A stretch of 64,000 nucleotides of DNA from Epiperipatus broadwayi (lineage: Eukaryota > Animalia > Onychophora): NCBI GenBank assembly GCA_028023455.1, contig JAQFVV010000007.1:12896001-12960000 (forward strand), written 5' to 3'. The notes under the pieces were generated by a model. The model was given only the letters and a program-made list of their open reading frames with translations, had not been told where the DNA came from and did not search any database. A program made the translations under genes and the position numbers. Positions 1 to 10,800 of the stretch are shown piece by piece; position 1 is the stretch's first letter; every line of letters starts with the position of its first letter.

Positions 1-606
1 GATCATCAACAACGATGATGTAATGTCCATTGGATTCTAAAGGTAATATAAAAGGAAAAGTTTGAAAATTATTAGGAGTTATTACGATGTGACTATATGT
101 GTTAGTGCGGACTTGAAGGAAAAGGGATTGAAAAGACGCAATCTTCAATCCCTTCAGTTTTGTTTAAAAAAAAAAAAGAAATGACATCGTTTTCTACATT
201 GAGGACCAGCCAAAGCAAAAGACCTTCGGATGAATAAATAAATCGGCCAGCAGAATACCAATCTCTTTAGGACGGCATGGGAATTCATGTTCAAATGGCA
301 AGCAATGGATAAAAGGAACATTTTGAAATCGTAAGAAATTTTTGAACTCTCAGCTTTAAATATATATAATTAATGAACATTTCTAAACAATAAGAACTTT
401 ACTTCTAAACTTGTTCCGTATTTAAAAAAAAAAATAGAAATATATTCCTATCTGACCAAACTAAATTATTTATTAATTAGGTATAATTTTATTTGATGTA
501 TTTCTTTTGTAAAATCATTTCCATTTCTTTTTTTTTTTTGTTCTTTTAAGTTTTTATTATGATTTCTGTTTTTCGATAAATTAAACTATATAAATATTAA
601 ACTTAA

Positions 607-1056
607 GTCGGGTGTGAATGGCTATATAGATTTGTAAAGTTATATTAGGGGAGGGTAATCTTAGGTTATTCATTCTGTAGTTGAATTAGGTCAATGGATT
701 GGATATATTGGTGTAATTAGTAGATGTAGTACGAGATTCGCTACAGGCAGAATCACTATTATATGCCGCACACACTCGTTTTGCCTATGGGAGGATTTAT
801 AAGATGGAGACTGCAGTTCTTTCCTATGTAGTTTTTTTTATTGCTCTCATCATCAGATAGATGTAATATTCCTATCTGATGAGAAGCAGTTTCTTCTCTT
901 AACTTAATTGTGCTGCTGTATTCGTATTACATTGAACACATCGATATATCAGATGGATTAAAGTTTGGTTTGACTGTGAACCTTTGGCCTAAGGTTAAAC
1001 AAGGATTGAATATTTTCTTTTCAAATGAAAATCTATGTAGTCTATTTATACTCGAC
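607..1056 (+). ncRNA. Hairpin module A (450 nt rod), copy 1
   Basis: Five stacked helices: 607-633/1029-1056, 656-668/985-997, 673-690/964-980, 702-714/938-950, 724-734/922-932. By hand count 81 pairs of which 19 are G:U. Nested apical hairpin tcagatag/ctatctga at about 852-879. Confidence 0.8.
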
Positions 1057-1084
1057 ACTCTAAATAAAGATGTATTAAATTTAA

Positions 1085-1383
1085 GTTGGGTATAGACGCT
1101 TGCATGGGTTCGTTACCAGTTGATTATGTTTTTGGTTTTCATATTTGATCAAAATATATAGACATTCGGTAAATACTGATACCTTACGGTGAGTATCTAA
1201 GATGTATTTATGTCAGATGTCTTTTAAGTTATTGGTGTCAATGCGGTGTCTTATAATGAACACCATTGGGTTTCTTGAATTCCCTATGCAATTGACAGTG
1301 TCAATGACTTTGTATTTTGATCATTTATGTTTATTTTGAAATGTTTTTGACCATGTAATCTATGTAACCGATCTATACTCAAC
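1085..1383 (+). ncRNA. Hairpin module B (about 300 nt), copy 1
   Basis: gttgggtatagacgcttgcatgggtt pairs with aatctatgtaaccgatctatactcaac using several G:U; tgatcaaaata pairs with tattttgatca; small apical stem gatac...gtatc. Confidence 0.7.
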
Positions 1384-1544
1384 ATTAAAAACACATTTTA
1401 TAAACCCATCTGTGCGAACTTATAAAAAATTAAAATGTAAACTTATAATATTATAAAAATTAAAATGTAAATTTAAATTCTAAAATCAAGTTAAAATCCA
1501 AAGTAAAAGTTATTCTAAAATAATGCTAAATTTTATATATGTGT

Positions 1545-1970
1545 GTAAATAAATGTTTGTGTGTTAATTATTGGCAGTGGCTTATTTTATTCTTTTTTAT
1601 ATATTCTGAGATAAGAATTTATTATAAATATAAATCTCTGCTACTCCCTGAGGTAGTGACAATGGGCTAATGACCGGATATCAAATTATATATAATAAAA
1701 AAACTTTTTAATTATGTATCTGCCTACTTTATAAATTTTCTAGGTTCAAATGCCTTGTGGCACCCTGTAGTGCAGATGATGTTAAGATAGACTTTTTCTG
1801 GATCGTTATAACTGACCACCCAACTTGGGCCGATCTATTAATAAAAACCACGTATATCCTGAGTAAATTTCTTTTTTCAGAATGAAATATGTTTATCTGT
1901 TTACATAAAGTCGGATACTTTAAATCTTATAAAAGCACTGCCAGAAAGAAATTGCACATATATTAAACAT
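1545..1970 (+). ncRNA. Hairpin module C, copy 1
   Basis: tggcagtggctt (about 1572-1583) pairs with aagcactgcca (about 1933-1943); taatgaccgga pairs with tctggatcgtta; atctgcctac pairs with gtagtgcagat; tip tgcc-ttgt-ggca. Outer and inner helices are also present in copy 3. Confidence 0.65.
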
Positions 1971-2069
1971 GAGAAAGTATTAATAATTTTAAATTGTATT
2001 TTGTTAAAAAGAAAGTCAAAAAGTTGCAATTAATATGTTTTTTTTGTTTGTTAATATATATTATGCTTT

Positions 2070-2232
2070 AACATGTATAGGTGCGCACAGCCACATAAGT
2101 TTATGATCGTAAATGTAGTACCTTACAATGAGTACTATTTGGGAATTTACTTCATAGTAACCCTATTTAAGCATTTCAATCAGTCATAAATAAGTTGGTG
2201 GTATTTATAATTGTGCTGCAAATATATATGTT
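2070..2232 (+). ncRNA. Hairpin module D (163 nt) between the tandem copies
   Basis: Helices 2070-2079/2223-2232, 2082-2090/2211-2220, 2091-2094/2198-2201, 2100-2107/2183-2190, with 3 G:U on the + strand. No homologue seen in copy 3. Confidence 0.5.
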
Positions 2233-2799
2233 TAAACCCATTATTTCTTAAAACATATTTACCTCAGTGCAACCTTCTTCAATAAATAATTTATAAAATT
2301 TGCTTGTCATGCCGTGTGTAAAAATAAAATGTATAAAAAAAAATAGAACGCTTGGGGGGAGGAAGCATAGACGTAAATGGTCCTTAGGAAAATGATAGTC
2401 AACATTTTTTTTTTGTATATAGTTTTTATACTAACCGAATGTTTTGTAAATTTTGTTAATCGTGTACTGTAATTACTAACCTTAAGTAATTTTTTTTTTT
2501 TGTTTATTTTTTTTAAAGCAAGTTTACTGATAGGTAATGGGCACAGACGACATTACATTGTGTTTTATTATTAAACATGAAAAAAATAAAAGTTCACAAA
2601 TAAAAATTTCTTTTTTTTTAAGAATTAAAAATTGAAAATTAAAAAATCATCTTAAACTCATATATATATAAAATCGCACAGATAAAAAAAAAAATTATTA
2701 AAATAAAACTTTATTAAAAATAGAAAAACTAAATCTTTCAACAAAAAGATTTAGAGATAAAAATATCTTTAAGTTTGGAAAACACATTAATTAATCAGA

Positions 2800-3461
2800 A
2801 ATGGAAATGATTATTTTAATTAGTCAAAGTGATCTAGCCTGTGGGCATTTAAATGTATAAGCATCGGTCAGATAGGAAAAGAATAGAAACTAATAGCAAA
2901 TGAGAGAAATCCATCGGGAAATCGGACCTCAATGGAAGGATCATCATCAACAATGACATAATGTCCATTGGATCCTAAAGGTAATATAAAAGGAAAAGTT
3001 TGGAAATTATTAGGAGTTATTACGATGTGACTATATGTGTTAGTGCGGAGTTGAAGGAGAAGGGATTGAAAAGACACACTCTTCAATCCCTTCAGTTTTG
3101 TTAAAAAAAAAAAAGAAATGACATCGTTTTCTACATTGAGGACCAGCCAAAGCAAAAGACCTCTGGATGAATAAATAAATCAGCCAACAGAATACCAATC
3201 TCTTTAGGACGGCATGGGAATTCATGTTCAAATGGCAAGCAATGGATAAAAGGAACATTTTGAAATCGTAAGAACTTTTTGAACTCTCAGCTTTAAATAT
3301 ATATAATTAATGAACATTTCTAAACAATAAGAACTTTACTTCTAAACTTGTTCCATATTTTAAAAAAAAATAGAAATAGATTCTTATCTGACCAAACTAA
3401 ATTATTTATTAATTAGGTATAATTTTATTTGATGTATTTCTTTTGTAAAATCATTTCCATT
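2800..3461 (+). ncRNA. Hairpin module U (about 660 nt, branched)
   Basis: aatggaaatgatt 2800-2812 pairs with aatcatttccatt 3449-3461; ggtcagatagga 2866-2877 with tcttatctgacc 3382-3393; cctcaatg 2927-2934 with cattgagg 3134-3141; apical gaagggattgaa 3059-3070 with ttcaatcccttc 3082-3093. Confidence 0.75.
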
Positions 3462-3541
3462 TATTTTTTTTTTTGTTCTTTTAAGTTTTTATTATGATTT
3501 CTGTTTTTCGATAAATTAAACTATATAAATATTAAACTTAA

Positions 3542-3995
3542 GTCGGGATGTGAATGGCTATATAGATTTGTAAAGTTATATTAGGGGAGGGTAATCTTAG
3601 GTTATTCGTTTCGTAGTTTGAATTTAGGTCAATGGATTGGATTTATTGGTGTAATTAGTAGATGTAGTATGAGATTCGCTATGGGCAGAATCGCTATTAT
3701 ATGCCGCACACACTCGTTTTGCCTATGGGAGGAATTATAAGATGGAGACCGCAGTTCCTTCCTATGGAGTTTTTTTTTATTGCTCTCATCATCAGATAGA
3801 TGTAATATTCCTATCTGACAAGAAGCAGTTTCTTCTCTTAACCTAATTGTGCTGCCGTATTCGTATTACATTGAACACATCGATATATCAGATGGATTGA
3901 AGTTTGGTTTGACTGCGAACCTTTGGCCTAAGGTTAAACAAGGATTGAATATTTTCTTTTCAAATGCAAATCTATGTAGTCTATTCATACTCGAC
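3542..3995 (+). ncRNA. Hairpin module A, copy 2
   Basis: Duplicate of 607-1056 with the same helices; at least one G:U in the basal stem of copy 1 is G-C here (ctattcatac). Confidence 0.8.
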
Positions 3996-4023
3996 ACTCT
4001 AAATAAAGATGCATTAAATTTAA

Positions 4024-4322
4024 GTTGGGTATAGACGCTTGCATGGGTTCGTTACCAGTTGATTATGTTTTTGGTTTTCATATTTGATCAAAATATATAG
4101 ACATTCAGTAAATACTGATACTTTACGATGAGTATCTAAGATGTATTTATGTCAGATGTCTTTTAAGTTATTGGTGTCAATGCGGTGTCTTATGATGAAC
4201 ACCATTGGGTTTCTTGTATTCCCTATGCAATTGACACTATCAATGACTTTGTATTTTGATCGTTTATGTTTATTTTGAAATGTTTTTGACCATGTAATCT
4301 ATGTAACCGATCTATACTCAAC
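4024..4322 (+). ncRNA. Hairpin module B, copy 2
   Basis: Duplicate of 1085-1383. Confidence 0.7.
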
Positions 4323-5368
4323 ATTAAAAACACATTTTATAAACCCATCTGTGCGAACTTATAAAAAATTAAAATGTAAACTTATAATATTATAAAAATT
4401 AAAATGTAAATTTAAATTCTAAAATCAAGTTAAAATCCAAAGTAAAAGTTATTCTAAAATAATGCTAAATTTTATATATGTGCGTAAATAAATGTTTGTG
4501 TGTTAATTACTGGCAGTGGCTTATTTTATTCTTTTTTTACATATTCTTAGATAAGAATTTATTATAAATATAAATCTCTTCTACTCCCTGAGCTAGTGAT
4601 AATGGGCTAACGACCGGATATTAAATTATTTTTTAAAAAAATTATTATTTTTAACTTACGTATCTGTCTACTTTATAAATTTTCTAGGTTCAAATGCCTA
4701 GTGGCACCCTGTAGTGCAGATGACATTAAGATAGACTTTCTCCGGATCATTACAATAGATTTTAAATTCTGTTTAATGCTGTAATTTTCATTTATTTTAT
4801 TTTTCTTAAGCGTCTTTTTTCTTAATGATAAAGTTTGATGTTGACACTAGATAGTATTAGTTTAAATGTTGTTGTTGTTGTTGTTGTTTTTTGCCCTTTG
4901 TAGACTCGGACATTATATCGTATCCAATGACCCTGTTCTAATTATGTGTGTAGTATGTCGAGGATGCATGGCTATATAGATTTAAGTTTTGAATTCCCTA
5001 CTTAGAAACAGGAACATTGATTTACAGGAAACTCATACCATCATCTGATTAGTTACTTTCTATGAATACCTTTAAATTAAAATAACTTTTTTTTTAATTT
5101 TTGTACATTTAGTGTCGTTTTCCTGTCTAATAAATTAAGATTTTATAATATTTTTTTACATTATTGTTCATTTATTTTAAGGCTAAGTAAAAATTTATTT
5201 TGTGTACAAATTTTTACTATCATTAAATTTCCAATACTGATGTGTAATATTATCCATTTTTCTGGATACTTATTGGAAGAGGGAGATAGGAGTCTCACAA
5301 CAAACTATTTAAAGGCTCTTTCAGCTTATACAAACAACGTTTTTTTTATTTTTTATTTGGTTTTACAG

Positions 5369-5404
5369 GTATTACACCCTTGGTATTAGAAATATAAAGA
5401 CACT
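5369..5404 (+). other. Candidate 36-nt internal exon
   Basis: Long polypyrimidine tract ending ttttacag and donor CT|gtaagt. One frame open (YYTLGIRNIKT); product not recognised. Confidence 0.4.
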
Positions 5405-5519
5405 GTAAGTATGAAATAAATTGTGGTTTAAACCTGGTAAAAAAATTGAAATTTGTTATTGTTAATGATGAAATGATTTGTGCCTAATTAGTGCATGACT
5501 TAAAGACAACAACTTAACA

Positions 5520-5810
5520 TACATGTCATCATTACCATTTTTATCTACTATAACTCTAATGCGTAATGACGATATCTCCATGTTTAGTTCATTTTTTCTG
5601 AATTCTAGTTACTCCCCATTGTACCTGCAAATTTTCTTATTTTATATATCCATTTCACATGTAGCCTTTCTTAAGATCTTCTATAATACATTTGAACTCA
5701 ATTCAAAATGTATCTCTATTTATCTACTATCATCTATTTTATAGATATTTCATGACTGGATCCATTTTCTTCCCAATTTTTTCAATGATGTCAGTGGCCA
5801 CTAATCGTTC
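5520..5810 (-). mobile_element. RTE-clade LINE, degenerate 3' fragment
   Basis: Reverse complement is similar to 6360-6660 (TDIIEKI... segment through the 3' end with atgatgac tail remnant). Confidence 0.7.
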
Positions 5811-6169
5811 TTCACAATAAAGTATGCATGAATAACATACACATACAATATCTGTAAGTACATTTATAATATAAAAAATGAAATTGATTTAACATATAAT
5901 TTCTTGACCCATGTACAATAAGAATGTGATTGTAAATTTAGTATTACTTTTTATTCAATGTGTATGAATCTTAAAGCAAGATGAACATTTTTTAAAATAA
6001 AAAATTGTTTTTTATATTTATTGGAGAGTAATAGAGTGATTGATTTAAGTAATGTAAATAAGTATTTTTCCACATGCTAAGAAGATTATTAACAACTGCC
6101 TTGGTCAGATTATTACTACAGATTGAAACATAATGAATGAAATTAATCATAGAATTAACTTAAAACTAA

Positions 6170-6665
6170 AAAGAAATATACCTATGTGTTTGAGAAGGAA
6201 GATTTTTAATAAATGTGTTTACCAGTTCTTACTTAGATATATGAGACTTGGACACTTAATAGCAGAGCAATTCAAAGACTTTAGACTACTCAAATAAGTA
6301 TGGATAGATGCATGTTAGGAGTAACAAGAAGAGATCAAAAACATAATATATGGGTAAGAGAACAAACAGGTATTACTGACATTATTGAAAAAATTAAAAG
6401 ACTGGAGTGGAGTTGGGCTTGACATATTGCTAAAAGAGATGATAATAGATGGACAATTGAAATCTTAAACTGGATTCCAAAAGATTGTAAAAGACCCAGA
6501 AAGAGACCACATGTGAGATGGATGGATGAAATAAGAATGCATGCAGGGGTGATTTGGAAAAGAGAGGTTAGAGATCAGAGAAAATGAATTGAACTTGGAA
6601 AGTCCTTCATCCTGCAGTGGATTGATAATGGTTGACAGTGATGATGATGATGATGATGATGATGA
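6170..6665 (+). mobile_element. RTE-clade LINE 3' end (5'-truncated, pseudogenised) with (GAT)n tail
   Basis: Translates with stops and a frameshift to IPMCLRRKIFNKCV-PVLT*IYETWTLN...WVREQTGITDIIEKIKRLEWSWA*HIAKRDDNRWTIEILNWIPKDCKRPRKRPHVRWMDEIR, a typical RTE ORF2 C-terminus; gatgatgat tail at about 6644-6665. Confidence 0.92.
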
Positions 6666-7279
6666 TAAGATACATGCAGTTTTATAACAAAAATAATACC
6701 ACTCATCAAAAAAGTATTATTTTATGGTATAAAGTAAAACAAATAAAAGTAATTACCTGTATATTTTGTCATTTACTTTACAGTCACTGTGTTTTATTAA
6801 TAGCTTCAGATTTTCCTAATACGCCTAGAATACATTAGGAGCCTTTCCTCAAAATATGGGTTTGTAAGCAATATTACTAATGTTTTTAAATGGTCCAAGT
6901 GTTGAATTTTCTTTTATTTAAATTTTTTGCATAAAATGAATGAGTTGACAGTTAAAATATTTAACATTTGGAAGAAAATTTTCATCTGCAATTATCTCAG
7001 ATTTGATATTGTTAAAACATGTATATAAAAAAACTTTATTCAACAATACAACACAAAACAGCAAATCCACAACAAAACCATCACACACCTCTAACAGAGT
7101 TCAATTGAATGTAACATTTTTTATAAAAGTTACACTCTGGTATTATAATAAAGTAAATCTGATTTTTATTGTTTCTTTAGAATTACTAACAAAAATATTA
7201 TAATATTTGAATACAAGTATAATGAATATATTGAACTTTAGATGTAATTAGAGGTGATTTGAACACAGATTTTCTATGC

Positions 7280-7639
7280 TCCATTCAGCTGTTCACTCCA
7301 TCTTATATAACCAATACACATGACCACAAACATGCATAAAGTGAAATTATCTCCAATATATGTGTTTCATGTTCAACTAGCACTCATCAATTGATCCAAA
7401 TCACCATTTCCACACATATATACAGCCAATACACATGACAACATGCATGCATAAATGAAATGATCTCCAATATACATATTTTCAGTTCATCTAGCACTCA
7501 TCAATTAGTCCAAATCACCATGTCCCACAGCAAGCTATTCACACGACCACATATATGCGTAAAATGAAATGATTTCCAATATACATATTTCATGTTCAAC
7601 TAGCACTCATCAATTGGTCCAAATCTCTATCTCCCCCCC

Positions 7640-7699
<60 letters not shown>

Positions 7700-7880
7700 C
7701 AATCAGTGCCCAGTTTATTTGAAAAGTAAATGTTCAAACTTTAATAAGCAGGCTTCGATTTTGTCCACTCTCCAACTCCACTGTTTTCCACACCATTGAT
7801 AATCTAATGATGGATTACTCAAAGCCCTTGATAATGCCAATATTGTTCCCATGCCCATGTTGACTTTTAAGTCATTGTCT
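7280..7880 (+). repeat. Interspersed repeat (family P3) with three tandem subrepeats of about 115 bp and a (TA)n tract
   Basis: Units start at about 7311, 7426 and 7535 and share tccaatat...tagcactcatcaatt..tccaaatc; homologous to the arms of 37247-37906. Confidence 0.75.
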
Positions 7881-10800
7881 CCTCATAGGTAGAACCTTAA
7901 TATGTCCATGTAAATAAGCCGAATAAGGAAAAGCAGAATTCAGGCTGCAAGTTTCATAAAACTTAAATTGTAAGAGGTAAATTTAAACTAATTTATTTTT
8001 TGTAAAATAGAGACATATTTAGGGAGATACTGAATGGACACTGGTTCAGTTTAAAAAAATAATATAAAATCAGAGCATTTGAAAAATGTTAGTGGTATAA
8101 TTGGCTATATGTAACGATTGAAGCTATAGTTGAATTAATCATATTTTTGAAGAAAATTGTCTTAGAGATTTTTTTTTGTTTACTATTGTTCCATAAATTT
8201 AAAATCATTTCTCTTTTACTGCATTGAACTTTTTGTTAAAAATGAAATGACAATGAACTACATTCTCTTTGAGTATACGTGAGACCTATAGCATTATATA
8301 AGACAAATCACTTAATTTATTTAATTAATAGGTATTTGAAGTTGATAAACTATGGGATACAAATACAGATTTATATTTTTTCTGTAGTAAAGTCTTACAA
8401 AAATATGAAAAATATAAAAACAACAAAGTACTGAGTAAGCCAAGCTTACACAGTACATTTTTAAAGCAAGTCTATTTCTCTTATTAGATTCTGCCACCTG
8501 ATATAATATTGATTAACCAATAGCATGACAGTTGATAATGCACATTAAATATGTATCCATGTTTTTCCATCCAAATCCCCAGATGAGTTTCTACTCTCTG
8601 TCTTTCATTGGAGAGGAGTTTGGAGCTGGATCTAGCACAAATAGATTTTTTTAACCTATTGTATCTTTCCTTCAACCATAATTTTTATTATTTTTTCTTT
8701 CAAGTTTTCTGCCTGAAATTCAAATCATATTAATACTGTGAATCTAAGCCTTTGCTAATATAGATCTGATATCAGTTTAGTATCTATATATTTTATTGTC
8801 ATCAGTTTTATAATGAATCTGTCAGTTTCATCCACCTGTCTGTTTCACGTATTTTACCCCTACACCCATCTCTATGCCAGGTTTAAACCCTCTCTGAGTA
8901 CCCATTTAAATAACCTTAAATTACTATATATGTGGGATCATATATGCAAATGGTATAATCTATATATTATATATATATGTGGGATCATATATGCAAATGG
9001 TAAATCTGTAATTTATTAATATATGCTGGGTTCGATCTGCAGAAGATCTTACTTACACTGCAAATGTTTTGGCTGGTTTCAAACTTCTTTATAATACATT
9101 TATAATCTTATTTAATTATAAATGTTATGTGAATGAACTGGCATGTTCAAGCAAAGTGGGAAATATTATTGATAGATTTAACTATCAACAATACCCACCA
9201 TCAGATCGTGGCCCACCTCATCTGCTAGATTCAAACCCCTTCTATTCAAACACTTTATTTGTTTTGGAGTAAACCCCAAGCACCAGCTAGTCTAAGACTA
9301 ATGTATTTGAACAGTAGCCTCATAACCCAGCACTCAAAACATTCCCTAAAACTAGCTCAGTCTAATTTTAATTCAATAACAAATTATACAAAATTAGTGG
9401 TGAAAAGAATTGATAAAAACAATTGATGAAAAGACTGGTAAAAAGAATTGATAAAAGGAATTGACCGACAAATAAAGTTTAAGTTTAAAGACAATTTATT
9501 TTAATTATCATTTCTAAACTAGTTTAATTATTCTTATAAATTTTAATAATAGAACACTGGTATTTATCTAATTTAACTAATAACCCTGATATAATGATCA
9601 TGCACATATTAACTCATGCACTCACATATATAATAATAAAGCATTAAATAGTATTTGAAATTTAAACACATATATTTAAAACACACAAATTAATAGTTTA
9701 TTTTTATGTGCTATAGAGTTCATATAATTCGACTATTGGAGGCTTGATGAATTTTTTTACGAATGCAATGGCTACTTTATAAATGAGAATAAGAAAATGT
9801 TTACCTAGGATTTTGGAATGTGGATACATCTTGCTGTTGCTGCTTCTAATGAAATATATTTAACCAGTTAGATATGAAGTTTTCCTGCAGAGATTTGATG
9901 ATTATTAGTTGGTATTATTCCTGTGAACAATTAGATACTGATGGAGATTCTTCAAGCTGTTATGCAAACATTATTTAAGATTGGGTATATTGGCTGTTTT
10001 CATCAGACTTCAGGCTGGAGAGACATATGTTTCCCATGGGTTTTTAACACTGCATTTCTGGATGATACATAATAAACTGACCTCTGATATAATTAACTCA
10101 ACTGATTGTCCTCATTGACTGTCCAATAAAAAATTGTCTATTAATACCTATGATGTGTTGTCCTTTTAATATCCTCTGGCAATATCTGTTGTCGAAATTC
10201 CTTTGATAATCTCATGTTTTTGAAGATCGTTTAATTAGTAGTAGACATGCAAACATGTTGTTTTATATTTTTAATTAATAGCCACCATTGTGTTTTTTAA
10301 TGATAACTTCCATTTATTTTTTAATATTTAATATGCATACATTTATTTTTATTTACAATCGCACATATATATGCACATATATAATCTTATTATAAAATCA
10401 AACTAGTTTTAAGATTACCTTTTTCTTTAATTTAAATAAAAGATATTTATATTTTTAAACTTTTTAAATTATATTTCAATTAATAATAATAAACTCTTTA
10501 CTTCCTTTTTATAAAACTTTTAGTTTAACTTTTCTAACCAAGACTCCCTTCCCCTCTTTTAATTAATTGATTGTAACTTTTATTTCAACAACACTTAGAC
10601 TTTTTACGTTTACTAAACAAACTGTAGTAAAACTCTTAAACTCTTAAATACATTCTTTTTTAATGAATAAATTTTATTTTAATAATTTTTTACGTAAAAT
10701 TATTATGTACCAATTCAATGTTGGTATAGTATATGTTACAGATATGTGTTCATTTTAAAGATTTTTTTATTTAAGAAATATTTTACTCTAAATTATTAGT

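Larger units (their letters stand above)
1..1812 (+). repeat. Copy 1 of the multi-hairpin locus (5'-truncated by the window edge); direct duplicate of 2939-4755
   Basis: Colinear and highly similar to 2939-4755 (e.g. the two 61-aa ORFs at 910 and 3849 are offset by 2939). Similarity ends at ctggatcgtta (about 1810) versus ccggatcatta (about 4752). Confidence 0.95.
2665..4755 (+). ncRNA. Copy 2 of putative multi-hairpin structured RNA locus, module order U-A-B-C
   Basis: Consecutive long fold-backs: U 2800-3461, A 3542-3995, B 4024-4322, C about 4480-4752. Non-Watson-Crick positions are mostly G:U on the + strand. RNA function is inferred. Confidence 0.7.

Noticed and set aside
875-900. CTGATGA in module A as a hammerhead core
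   Set aside because: A stem follows but there is no GAAA, and the motif is mutated in copy 2 (ctgacaa).
910-1095. 61-aa ORF repeated at 3849-4034
   Set aside because: Non-ATG start, lies in the 3' arm of hairpin A, is conserved only through the recent duplication, and the frame is not kept in copy 3.
9720-10260. Strand-biased segment that looks like a decayed ORF on the minus strand
   Set aside because: Multiple stops in all frames and no recognisable motif.
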